Shown here: positions 48,527 to 58,026 of the stretch, piece by piece | How positions within the stretch are numbered: position 1 is the stretch's first letter | Layout: each line of letters opens with the position of its first letter | Source: Syntrophorhabdaceae bacterium | Lineage (GTDB): Bacteria; Desulfobacterota; Syntrophorhabdia; Syntrophorhabdales; Syntrophorhabdaceae | NCBI GenBank assembly: GCA_963665295.1 | Contig: OY762209.1 | Span: 512,001-576,000 of the forward strand | Reading direction: 5' to 3' | DNA length: 64,000 bases | Notes under the pieces: generated by a model | Database searches by the model: none | Told to the model about the DNA's origin: nothing | The model's input: only the letters and a program-made list of their open reading frames with translations | Position numbers and translations under genes: made by a program

Positions 48527-49657
48527 TTGGGTCTTTCATTACAGGAATCTTTTCAGATACTCGGGGTCCCGGAAGACGCCTCCCCCGAAGAGGTGAGGCA
48601 GGCATACAGGGACCTGGCCGTGGTCTGGCATCCCGACCGTTTTTCCGGCAACCCCCGCCTGGAGGCCAGGGCAACGGAGATGCTGAAGCAAATCAACGCG
48701 GCCTACGGAATGGTGAAGGCCTTCCATGAGTCCCGACGGGAAACGGGAACTGTGGAAGCACACCCCGACCCTCCCCGGACCGGGCCCGAAGATGCCGGCG
48801 CCGATACCTCCTGTAATGAGCCTGTGAGGGAGCGCCGAAGGTCCGTGTCCCCATTCCTTGCCATTGCCCTCGGGCTGGCCCTCGCCCTTTCTCTCGGCGC
48901 TTTCCTTTACGCGGGATTCAAGGAGAGACGGCCCCAGGCCCCGGTGACCGTCTCTTTACCCCGGGAGCCCGCCGTAACGGCTGAATCGCCCCCACGGGAG
49001 ACAGGGTCACCTAAACCTTCGGCCCGTACAAAGCAGGCCGTGGTGAAACCGCGCCCTTCCGACAAAAAGCCCCTGTCCCCGGAAAGGTCCTTCACCCTGG
49101 GGTCGTCAAAGGACGAGGTGCTCGCCGTGGAAGGGGCCCCTGCCCACGTATCCGAGAACAGGTGGGGCTATGGTTCCTCCTATGTAGACTTCGTGAAGGG
49201 ACGGGTAAGCGGATGGTACAGCAGTTCCCTGGACCCGCTCCGGGTGAAGATGACCGCTTCCGGAGAGGCGGGGGGAACGCACTTTACCGCGGGTTCGACA
49301 AAAGACATGGTCCTTGCAATTGAAGGCACCCCTATGCGCATTTCGGGAAACAGGTGGAGCTACGGTTTTTCATATGTAGACTTCGTGAAGGGACGGGTAA
49401 GCGGATGGTACAGCAGTTCCCTGGACCCGCTCCGGGTGAAGATGACCGCTTCGAAGGATACAGGGGCAAAATCCTTCACCCTGGGGTCATCAAAGGACGA
49501 GGTGCTCGCCGCGCAAGGCACGCCCACCAGGCTCTCCGAGGAGCGGTGGAGCTACGGCTACTCTTACGTCGATTTCGAAAAGAACAGGGTGGTCCGCTGG
49601 TACAACAGCGAACGAGATCCCCTCTTCGTCGGCCCCGAGCCGGGTCAGGACCGGTAA
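48527..49657 (+). CDS. J-domain membrane protein with three C-terminal SmpA/BamE-like repeats
   Basis: WHPDRF J-domain, TM helix, 3x FTLGSSKDEVLA.EG.P...WSYG.SYVDF. Confidence 0.85.
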   Translation: MGLSLQESFQILGVPEDASPEEVRQAYRDLAVVWHPDRFSGNPRLEARATEMLKQINAAYGMVKAFHESRRETGTVEAHPDPPRTGPEDAGADTSCNEPVRERRRSVSPFLAIALGLALALSLGAFLYAGFKERRPQAPVTVSLPREPAVTAESPPRETGSPKPSARTKQAVVKPRPSDKKPLSPERSFTLGSSKDEVLAVEGAPAHVSENRWGYGSSYVDFVKGRVSGWYSSSLDPLRVKMTASGEAGGTHFTAGSTKDMVLAIEGTPMRISGNRWSYGFSYVDFVKGRVSGWYSSSLDPLRVKMTASKDTGAKSFTLGSSKDEVLAAQGTPTRLSEERWSYGYSYVDFEKNRVVRWYNSERDPLFVGPEPGQDR

Positions 49658-49760
49658 CGGACGCGGCGGACCCGTGTTCGCCGCCCCCCTGTCAATCTCA
49701 CGAAGCCCGCCTTATATTTCAGGTAACGATCATACCGATTACCAAAAACAGGAGGCAGCC

Positions 49761-50297
49761 ATGATATCGGATAACGTGAGAGACGCCATGAACGAACAAA
49801 TCAAATTCGAACTTGAATCCTATTACATCTACCTCTCCATGACGGCCTATTTCCATGCCCGGAACCTGGACGGCATGGCCCACTGGATGCGATGCCAGGC
49901 ACACGAGGAGATGATTCACGCCATGAAGTTCTTCGACCATATCCTGGACCGCGCCGGAACGGTCCGACTCCTCGACCTCAGACAGTTGAAGACGGAATGG
50001 GACTCCCCCCTGGAGGCATGGAAGGACGCCTACGAACACGAGAAATTCATCACCGCGAAGATCCATGGGATCATCAAGATAGCCCGGGAAGAAGACGACT
50101 TCGCCTCCGATACGATCCTCAACTGGTTCTCCAAAGAGCAGATCGAGGAGGAGCAGAACACGGATAAAGTGGCGAGACAGCTCGAAATGGTGGGGGACGA
50201 CAAGCACGCCCTCCTCATGCTCGACCGCGAACTCGGCACGAGGGTTTTCACCGCGGGCTCACCCCTCGACCCCCTCGCGTACAACCTGATAAATTAG
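49761..50297 (+). CDS. ftnA: Non-heme ferritin
   Basis: NEQI..EL.S.YIYLSM...QAHEEM.HAMK...HE..IT...EQIEEE. Confidence 0.92.
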   Translation: MISDNVRDAMNEQIKFELESYYIYLSMTAYFHARNLDGMAHWMRCQAHEEMIHAMKFFDHILDRAGTVRLLDLRQLKTEWDSPLEAWKDAYEHEKFITAKIHGIIKIAREEDDFASDTILNWFSKEQIEEEQNTDKVARQLEMVGDDKHALLMLDRELGTRVFTAGSPLDPLAYNLIN

Positions 50298-50306
50298 GCG
50301 GGAAAC

Positions 50307-50768
50307 ATGTTGCCTGTGAAGAGGGTCCTGGTCGCGTACTTCAGCGCGGACGGTAATACGGAGACCATGGCGGAGTATATCGCCGAGGGAGTGCGGATCG
50401 GCGGGGCCGACGCGGACGTGAGAAAGATGACAGACATCGAAGGACCGGTCGACCTCCTGGGCTACGACGGTTATGTCTTCGGCTGCCCCACGTACCACCT
50501 CAGTGTGCCCGAGGAGATGAGAAGGCTGCTCCTCATTGCCCTCGACACGGGTCTCGCCGGGAAGGCGGGAGGGGCGTTCAGTTCGAGCGCCCACCCGGGT
50601 GGCCGTGAGTCCGGGGCCGCGGGGCTCGTCTTCGACGAGATGGAGTCCGGCCTCGCCCTGAAGATGACGGACCTCGGCCCTTTCAACCTGAAGGAGGACC
50701 TCTTCGACCATCCCGATGGGATGAGCGCCTGCCACGATTACGGCAAGGCCATAGCGGAGATGCTCTGA
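50307..50768 (+). CDS. Flavodoxin-like protein
   Basis: YFSADGNTETMA, FGCPTY, GGAFSS. Confidence 0.85.
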   Translation: MLPVKRVLVAYFSADGNTETMAEYIAEGVRIGGADADVRKMTDIEGPVDLLGYDGYVFGCPTYHLSVPEEMRRLLLIALDTGLAGKAGGAFSSSAHPGGRESGAAGLVFDEMESGLALKMTDLGPFNLKEDLFDHPDGMSACHDYGKAIAEML

Positions 50769-50786
50769 GGACGGACGGCCCCCTTC

Positions 50787-52148
50787 CTAGCCGATATTAT
50801 ACTTCCTGATCTTGGAGATCAGGTTGACCCGTGATATCCCGAGGATCTGGGCGGCCTTCGTCCTGTTGCCCTTCGTATATCCCATGATCCGGGCGATGTG
50901 GTCTTTCTCCATATCCTCGAGGGACTTGAGGGGCGCGTCCATAAGCCCTCCCTCTAAGGAGGGGGTGCTTTCGAGAAAGTAATTGGGCAGGGATTTCTTC
51001 CGCACCTCGTTCGTCGACTCGATGATCACGGCGCTGTTGATGATGTTCATAAGCTCCCGTACATTCCCCGGGTAGTCATAGCGGGTCAGAAGTTTCATGG
51101 CGGCATCGGAAATCTTTTCGATCTTCTTGTTGTTCAGTTCACAGAATTTCCTCAGGAAGTGGTGGGAAAGGAGAGGGATATCCCCTTTTCTGTCCCTGAG
51201 AGGGGGGAGGAAGACGGAGTTCATGTTGAGACGGTAAAACAGGTCCTTCCGAAAATTTCCCTTCTTTATCTCCTCGTGGAGGTTCTTGTTGGTGGCGGCG
51301 ATGATCCTCACGTCGACCTTCAGGTTCTTGGTGGACCCCAGACGGAAAAACTCCCCTTCCTGGAGGACCCTCAGGAGCTTGACCTGTATGGGAAGGGCCA
51401 GTTCCCCTATTTCATCGAGAAAGAGGGTGCCCTTGTTCGCCTCTTCAACAAAGCCCCTCTTGTTCGACGTGGCCCCGGTAAAAGCCCCCTGACTGTGACC
51501 GAAAAACTCCGACGCGAAAAGTTCGTTTGCAAAGGCCCCCGCGTTCACGGCCACGAAGTTTTCCCTGTTTCTCAGGCTGATACGGTGAATAGCCCTCGCG
51601 ATAAGCTCCTTGCCTGTCCCGCTTTCACCCCACACGAGGATAGAGCTGTCCGTACGGGCCATCTTCTCCACCACGGAAAAGATCTGGAGCATCTGGTCGT
51701 TCTGGGTGATGATGTTCTTGAATGCTTCTTTAAACTGAAGTTCTTCCGCGAATTCCGCCTGTCCCGTGGTTCCCTTGCGGTTTTCCCGGTTTTCAAGCAC
51801 GCTGTTGATGAGGCTGAGAAGGCGGTCGTTGTCAACGGGCTTGGTCAGGTATTCGACGGCTCCCAGCTTCATTGCCGATACGGCAAGTTCCACGTCCTCC
51901 ACGCCGGTAAGGACGATTGTCTCCACGTCGATGTTATTCTCGTTGATATTCTTCAGGATATCGAGCCCCGTCACGTCCGGCATGTCCATATCGAGGAGCA
52001 GGAGATCGTACTGGTTGCTCTTCAGTTCGTGGTAAGCCCTGCGGCTGTCGCTCAGGGTGGTAACGTCGAGGTCGCCCGCCTGGAGCAGAAATATATTGAG
52101 ATAGTTGAGGACTGCCTGATCGTCGTCGATAACGATGACTTTTCTCAT
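50787..52148 (-). CDS. Sigma54-dependent response regulator (NtrC family)
   Basis: REC domain, GESGTGKE, GAFTGA, YPGNVREL, Fis HTH. Confidence 0.93.
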   Translation of the reverse strand: MRKVIVIDDDQAVLNYLNIFLLQAGDLDVTTLSDSRRAYHELKSNQYDLLLLDMDMPDVTGLDILKNINENNIDVETIVLTGVEDVELAVSAMKLGAVEYLTKPVDNDRLLSLINSVLENRENRKGTTGQAEFAEELQFKEAFKNIITQNDQMLQIFSVVEKMARTDSSILVWGESGTGKELIARAIHRISLRNRENFVAVNAGAFANELFASEFFGHSQGAFTGATSNKRGFVEEANKGTLFLDEIGELALPIQVKLLRVLQEGEFFRLGSTKNLKVDVRIIAATNKNLHEEIKKGNFRKDLFYRLNMNSVFLPPLRDRKGDIPLLSHHFLRKFCELNNKKIEKISDAAMKLLTRYDYPGNVRELMNIINSAVIIESTNEVRKKSLPNYFLESTPSLEGGLMDAPLKSLEDMEKDHIARIMGYTKGNRTKAAQILGISRVNLISKIRKYNIG

Positions 52149-54202
52149 CTGCTTTCCCCGGAGGCCCTGGGAATATAGATATGGAACGTGGTTTCCAGCC
52201 CCACTTTGCTGTCCACCTCTATTCTCCCCTGATGCTCCTTTATGATGCCGTAGGCTATGGAAAGGCCGAGGCCGGTCCCTCCGTGGTGCCTTTTCGTGGT
52301 AAAGAAGGGGTCGAATATCTGCTGTACCGTCCGTTCGTCCATGCCCTTTCCGTTGTCGCTCACCCTGAGTATCACTTCCTTTTCATTGTAACTCGTGGTG
52401 ACGCTGATGGTACCCCGCGCCTTGTCTATGGCCTGTGAGGCGTTGATAAGGATATTCACCACAACCTGTTGCAGCTTCTGAAGGTTTCCCACCACGGGGG
52501 GCAGGTCCGGCACGAGATCAACCTTTACGTCGGCGATTCTTCTCACCTGGTTATCGACGAGCCTGAGACAGCTCTCCACCACCGCGTTGACGCTGACCCT
52601 CTCGTTGAGCAGACCCTCGTCACGTTTCGCGAACTTCCTCAAGCCATCCACGATGCCTTTGATCCTGTTTGCCCCTTCCGCCATATCGTCAATGAGGATG
52701 GGTACGTTCTTTCTGAAGACCTCGTAGTTGAGCCTCGCGATCTTGAGGTCCGGGTGGGACTGGCCGTGGCGGTCGAGGATGGGGAATATGTCGTTCATCG
52801 CCTCCTGAATAATGTAGAGGTTTCCCCGTATGAAGGTATTCGGGTTGTTGATCTCGTGGGCTATACCGGAAACGAGTTGCCCCAGGGACGCAAGCTTGTC
52901 CGCCTGCAAAAGCTGCCGTTCCATGTTCTTCTCTTTTGTAATGACCCTGGATATTTCGAGTATCCCGTCCACCTCGCACAGGGAGTTGAAGATGGGGTAC
53001 GCCTGGAGCAGATAATAGTCATCCCCCACCACCTTCTCCTGGGTTACGGGGGCCTTTTCCGCAAGGACCTTCGCGGCAAGGCAGTCATCGCATCGGGCGC
53101 TCTGGCCGAACACCTTCTTGTAGCATTTTCCTTTGCCGCCTACGGTTTTCTGGTTCGACATGACGATGTTCAGGCCGGGGTCGATAACCACCACCGTATC
53201 CGTGATCGCCTTGAAAAGGGCCTGAAACCTCGTGCTGCTCTCTCTCAGCTTCTCCGTGAGGTTGACAAGTTCCAGGTTCTTCTTCACGAGGAGGTCTTTC
53301 TGGCGCTCAAGGTCCACGGTCCGCTCCAGGACCTTCCGTTCCAGGGTCTCGTTCTGATCGATAAGTCTCATCTCCAGTTCCTTGCGCAACCGGATGTCTT
53401 TGTATACAGCCTCCACGCACCTCCTGCCATCGTATTCGATAAAGATGTACGAACCCATCACAGGGATGCGCACTCCGTTCCTGTTTTTCAGGGTAAGTTC
53501 GAAATCCACGGCCTGGCCTTCCGCCAGCTTCTGATGGATGAGGGCCCTTATTTCGTCGAGGTTCTCAAATATATGGTCCTTGACAAAATTGAGCTGTGCC
53601 TCCTTGCCTTCCGGGTAATCGAGGAGCTGGTAGAACGCCCGGTTGGCCTTGATGATATCCCCGTTCGTCCTGGAAAGGGTGAGGGGGATAGGGGCCATCT
53701 CGAAGAGGTCCTCATAACGTTCCCTGGAACTCTCCGCTTCCTCCGCCCTCCTTCTCGCCAGCACTTCGAGTCTGCCCACGTGCTTCTCCAATTCGGCCTG
53801 GGTCTCCCGTTGCCTGATGGCACGCGAGAGGCCCCGGCTTATATGGTCAAGCATTTTTTCTTCTTCTTCGAGAAAATCCGCTGCCTTGAGATAGTAAATC
53901 TCCACGGAGCCCCTCTTCTTCCCGTCCACCGTAATGTCCGAGGTAAGGGACCGGGTGATCTTATCCTTCGCTACAGGCGTCGATGTATACTCGCTGCCGT
54001 CGAACCATATCGACGAAGCGGCTATTTCAGGGAACCGGACGCCCCGCGCCAGGTGAACCGTGCAGCGGGCGAGGACCACGGAAATATCCTCGTTCGAGGT
54101 AATTTCCGGCCCGATGTCGTACAAGCATTCCAACTCCTGCATGCGTTTCTTCAGCTCTTGTTCAACGTGCTCCATAGTGCGTGAAGACCCCATGCCTTTC
54201 AT
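52145..54202 (-). CDS. Cytoplasmic PAS sensor histidine kinase
   Basis: AHEINNP H-box, DNGKG, FDPFFTTK, GTGLGL; no TM helix. Confidence 0.93.
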   Translation of the reverse strand: MKGMGSSRTMEHVEQELKKRMQELECLYDIGPEITSNEDISVVLARCTVHLARGVRFPEIAASSIWFDGSEYTSTPVAKDKITRSLTSDITVDGKKRGSVEIYYLKAADFLEEEEKMLDHISRGLSRAIRQRETQAELEKHVGRLEVLARRRAEEAESSRERYEDLFEMAPIPLTLSRTNGDIIKANRAFYQLLDYPEGKEAQLNFVKDHIFENLDEIRALIHQKLAEGQAVDFELTLKNRNGVRIPVMGSYIFIEYDGRRCVEAVYKDIRLRKELEMRLIDQNETLERKVLERTVDLERQKDLLVKKNLELVNLTEKLRESSTRFQALFKAITDTVVVIDPGLNIVMSNQKTVGGKGKCYKKVFGQSARCDDCLAAKVLAEKAPVTQEKVVGDDYYLLQAYPIFNSLCEVDGILEISRVITKEKNMERQLLQADKLASLGQLVSGIAHEINNPNTFIRGNLYIIQEAMNDIFPILDRHGQSHPDLKIARLNYEVFRKNVPILIDDMAEGANRIKGIVDGLRKFAKRDEGLLNERVSVNAVVESCLRLVDNQVRRIADVKVDLVPDLPPVVGNLQKLQQVVVNILINASQAIDKARGTISVTTSYNEKEVILRVSDNGKGMDERTVQQIFDPFFTTKRHHGGTGLGLSIAYGIIKEHQGRIEVDSKVGLETTFHIYIPRASGESR

Positions 54203-54299
54203 ATGTAATTAACCCCCGCTTATCTGTTAAATATACCACACAATGGGGCTGAAATGCATCGTACCATCGGGCCCGGTCATACCGTGGTCTATTTTCGGA

Positions 54300-57200
54300 T
54301 CATTGCCTCAACCTGCCTCTCACCTTCATCTCGAAGTAGCTTTCCGAGTAAAGGTAGGGTTTCTTTTCAATGCTCTGGGGTGAAACGTTCACGGGTACCG
54401 CAATGAACCTGCCTTTCCCGTCAGCGGTAGCGAATCCTTTCGCAAAAAGGTCCTTGCCGCGGAACGCGCCCTTCGCGAGTCCCTTGTATGCGGGGTTGGC
54501 TTCTTCTATCTCGGCGTGAATCCCGGCAGTGGACTTGTATCCAAAAGACATGCCCATCAGCTCCGCGAGCTTATTGATGATCTGCCAGGTTTCGAGTCCT
54601 GTGGCGGGCTCGAACACCTTGTTTACCGCCTGGACCCTTCCGTCGCAGCTCGTCTGGGTGCCGCTCGTTTCAACGGGCAGGGAAGCCGGTAATACGACTT
54701 CCGCCTCCATGGCCGTCGCCGTCATGACACTGTCGACTACGAGCATGAACTCCGAACCGCCCGTCAGCCCGAGGTTCGCCGTCTCCCTGAGCGGATCTTC
54801 ACCAAAAATGAGGAGGGCCTTGATCCGGTCTTTCTCCATCTCGCCCTTCAGGTCCGTTATCCCGGACGCATCCCGGAAGGGGACGTTCCCCGGAAGGTAC
54901 CGCGGGTCCGCGCCCATGTCGAAAAGGCCCTGGGAGTTGGAGAAATCTCTCAGTATGATGATCCCGTTGCCTGCTTTTCCGATCCGGCCCGTGAGCATCA
55001 TGAGGTTCCCGATCGCTTTGAGGTCGTTTTCCGACTTTTCCCACAGGGAGTCGATATTGTAAAGGACGATCACATTGAGACCCGGCTCCCCCAGGAGGTC
55101 GGCCAGGGCGCTCACTTTCTCCTTGTCCACCCCTGTGGTGGCGGACACGGCGTTCACATCCAGATTGGCTACCGATTTCTTGAAGGCCTCGAAACCTTCA
55201 GTCCGTTTCGCGATATAATCCTTGTCCACGGCCCCTTTTTCGATCAGAGCCTGACAGAGCCCGTTTATGAGGGCCGTATTGGTCCCGCGCTTCGAGTCGA
55301 TCCACAGGTCGGAGAACTTATTGAGGGGGATTTCCGACGAATTGACGGTGACGAGGCGGGTCCCTGACTTCTGGGCAGCCTTCACCTTCAGCTCGGCGAT
55401 CAGGTTTTCCTCCGACAGGTCGGCGTTTATCACGAGGACCACGTCCGCCGCCGCCAGTTCGTCCATGGTGGTGGTCGAAGTGGTGACCCCGAACATGCCG
55501 TCCAGGGCATCCTGGTCAACACCGTTCAAAAGGTTGCTGAAACTTCCGATATTGTTGGTCCCAAGCCCTGCCCTCACGAACTTCTGGAGCAGGAAAAGTT
55601 CTTCGTTCGTCATGCGGGGCGATCCGAAGACGGCCACCGACCCGGGCCCGTGGGTAGCCACGATCGATTTCAGCCGTTTCGCCGCGTGATCGAAGGCCTG
55701 GTCCCATGTCGCCTCGACGTGGGCCCCTTTCTTCTTTATCTGCGGCTTCGTCAGCCTCCCCTCATCCAGCATGTAGCGGAAACCCCACCGCCCCTTGGAG
55801 CAGAGGTAACCCTTGTTGTGGGATTCCCCGTTCACGTTGAGGACGGTAAAGGCGTGGTCGCCGAAGACCTTGTAACTCAGGTTGCAGCCTATGGAACAGA
55901 AACCGCACACCGATTCGACGGTATCGTAGGCCCAGGGTCCCGGCTTCGGGAAGGGCAGCTTCTCGGTTATGGCGCCGGTGGGACAGGCGGCGATGCAGTT
56001 TCCACAGGAGATGCACGTGGTTTCAAGGAGCTCCTTCTCCATGGAGGGCTTTACCACCGATCTGAAACCCCTGTACACGAAGCCGAGGGCCGAGACCTTC
56101 AGTATTTCGGAGCACGTCCTCACGCACCGGCCGCAGTTGATGCACTTGTTCGGGTCGAGAGCGATGAAGGGGTGGTTCTTGTCAATCTTATACTGCCGGA
56201 CATCACCCACGAAACGGGAAATGTCCACGCCGAAATCGGACGCGTACTTCCGGAGGGCGCAGTCGAAATAGGCGGAACAGCCGCACTCCAGGCAGCGGGC
56301 GGCTTCATTGGCCATCTGCTCTTCCGTGAAGCCGAGCTCCACCTCGGTGAAGGTCCTTATTCTCTCCTCTACGGGGAGTTCGGGCATCTTCTCCTTGGTT
56401 ATCTTCGCCCATGAGGCAAACTCGCTCTCCGGTATCTCTCCGAAGTCCTCTTTCCTGCTTATGAATCCCTTGGACTCCTCTTTTACGCTTCCGGCCGTCA
56501 CGTACTCGTCGATCGACTCCGCGGCAATCTTGCCGTGGGCTATGGCGTCGATGGCGACGGCGGGACCGGTAATCACGTCCCCACCGGCGAAAACGCCGGG
56601 TATGGACGTTTCAAAGGTGGCTTTGGAGGCGACAATCACATTCTGGCGCGTCGTCTTGAGCGTGCCGTCGGCATTGATTTTACCCAGATCGATGTCCTGA
56701 CCGATGGCCGATATGGCGAAGTCGCACTTGAGGTCATATTCGGAGCCCTTGATGGTCACGGGGCTTCTTCTGCCGCTTGCGTCCGGCTCACCCAGTTCCA
56801 TGCGGATGCAGGTGAGGGCCTCGAGACGGCCGTCTTTCGTGACGATACCGGTGGGGGCTGAAAGCTGGATCAGCTCCACCCCTTCTTCGAGGGCCGCGTC
56901 TATTTCCATGTCATGGGCGGGCATCTCTTTCTTTGTACGCCTGTAGAGGAGGGTAACCTTATCGGCGCCCATGCGAAGGGCCGAGCGGGCCGCATCGATG
57001 GCTGTGTTGCCTCCGCCCACCACAACGACCCTGCCGTATATCTCAGGCATCTTGTCCGCCTGGAGCTGTCTTAAAAAGTCCGCACCCCGGAGCACGCCGG
57101 GCGTCGCGTCTTCGCCCTCTATGCCCATGGCCTTGCCCTTCTGGGCTCCCAGAGCGAGGAAGATCGCATCGCACCCCTCCTTCTTCAGGGATTCGATGGT

Positions 57201-58010
57201 GAAATCCTCACCGAGCACGGAGTTCGTCTTCACCTCGACCCCGAGGTCCGTAATCCACTTGATCTCCCTGTCGAGGGTCTTTTTGGGAAGGCGGTATTCG
57301 GGTATGCCGTACCTGAGCATGCCTCCCAGGTGAGGTGAGCCTTCGTAAAGGGTAATGTTATAGCCTTTCAGGGCGAGGAAATAGGCGCAGGTGAGACCGG
57401 CGGGTCCGCCGCCCACGATGGCAACCTTCTTCCCGTTCTTTGCGGGGACTTGCGGGGTCCACGGGTCCTCTATGTCGATATCCGAGGCATAGCGCTTCAG
57501 ATAGTCGATGCCCACGCGGTCGTCCACCCTGTTTCTCCGGCAGGCTGTCTCGCATTCCCTCACGCAGACCCTGCCGCACACGATGGGCAGCGGGTTGGTC
57601 TGTTTTATGAGCTTTACCGCCTCTTTGAACTTGCCCATCGCCATGAGGGCGATGTATCCCTGGACATCGACGCCGGCGGGGCACGTCTGGGTGCAGGGAC
57701 CGAGGCAGTCCGCATAGTGGTTCGAGAGGAGCAACTCCAGGGCCGTCCTTCTCGAATTCCTGATCCTGTCATTGTTGGTCTCCACCACCATACCGTCCGC
57801 CACGGGACTTGAACATGAGGGAACCAGTTTTTCGAGACCCTTGACCTCAACCACGCAGAGATAACAGGAACCGTATGGCGGAAGCTTCGGGTCCCAGCAC
57901 AGGGTTGGTATGTCATCGACTTGATTTGCCCGGACCACATCGAGGATCGTCTGTCCGGGGCTTGCCGCGTATTCTTTGCCGTTGATCGTTATTTTCAGGT
58001 TTGTCGTCAT
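54300..58010 (-). CDS. StnC-like fusion: 2Fe-2S + GltD/NfnB-like FAD domain + NuoG/FdhA-like Fe-S/Mo-fold domain
   Basis: CYLC 2Fe-2S; CGRVC...C; GGGPAG; GGGNTA.D; CINCGRC, CISCGNC, CGFCSIGC; start MTTNLK. Confidence 0.85.
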   Translation of the reverse strand: MTTNLKITINGKEYAASPGQTILDVVRANQVDDIPTLCWDPKLPPYGSCYLCVVEVKGLEKLVPSCSSPVADGMVVETNNDRIRNSRRTALELLLSNHYADCLGPCTQTCPAGVDVQGYIALMAMGKFKEAVKLIKQTNPLPIVCGRVCVRECETACRRNRVDDRVGIDYLKRYASDIDIEDPWTPQVPAKNGKKVAIVGGGPAGLTCAYFLALKGYNITLYEGSPHLGGMLRYGIPEYRLPKKTLDREIKWITDLGVEVKTNSVLGEDFTIESLKKEGCDAIFLALGAQKGKAMGIEGEDATPGVLRGADFLRQLQADKMPEIYGRVVVVGGGNTAIDAARSALRMGADKVTLLYRRTKKEMPAHDMEIDAALEEGVELIQLSAPTGIVTKDGRLEALTCIRMELGEPDASGRRSPVTIKGSEYDLKCDFAISAIGQDIDLGKINADGTLKTTRQNVIVASKATFETSIPGVFAGGDVITGPAVAIDAIAHGKIAAESIDEYVTAGSVKEESKGFISRKEDFGEIPESEFASWAKITKEKMPELPVEERIRTFTEVELGFTEEQMANEAARCLECGCSAYFDCALRKYASDFGVDISRFVGDVRQYKIDKNHPFIALDPNKCINCGRCVRTCSEILKVSALGFVYRGFRSVVKPSMEKELLETTCISCGNCIAACPTGAITEKLPFPKPGPWAYDTVESVCGFCSIGCNLSYKVFGDHAFTVLNVNGESHNKGYLCSKGRWGFRYMLDEGRLTKPQIKKKGAHVEATWDQAFDHAAKRLKSIVATHGPGSVAVFGSPRMTNEELFLLQKFVRAGLGTNNIGSFSNLLNGVDQDALDGMFGVTTSTTTMDELAAADVVLVINADLSEENLIAELKVKAAQKSGTRLVTVNSSEIPLNKFSDLWIDSKRGTNTALINGLCQALIEKGAVDKDYIAKRTEGFEAFKKSVANLDVNAVSATTGVDKEKVSALADLLGEPGLNVIVLYNIDSLWEKSENDLKAIGNLMMLTGRIGKAGNGIIILRDFSNSQGLFDMGADPRYLPGNVPFRDASGITDLKGEMEKDRIKALLIFGEDPLRETANLGLTGGSEFMLVVDSVMTATAMEAEVVLPASLPVETSGTQTSCDGRVQAVNKVFEPATGLETWQIINKLAELMGMSFGYKSTAGIHAEIEEANPAYKGLAKGAFRGKDLFAKGFATADGKGRFIAVPVNVSPQSIEKKPYLYSESYFEMKVRGRLRQ

Positions 58011-58026
58011 TCTTGGTTCTCCATAG

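Noticed and set aside
54300..58010. Selenocysteine formate dehydrogenase or [FeFe]-hydrogenase
   Set aside because: No in-frame TGA or Cys at the Mo-ligand position, and no H-cluster motifs.
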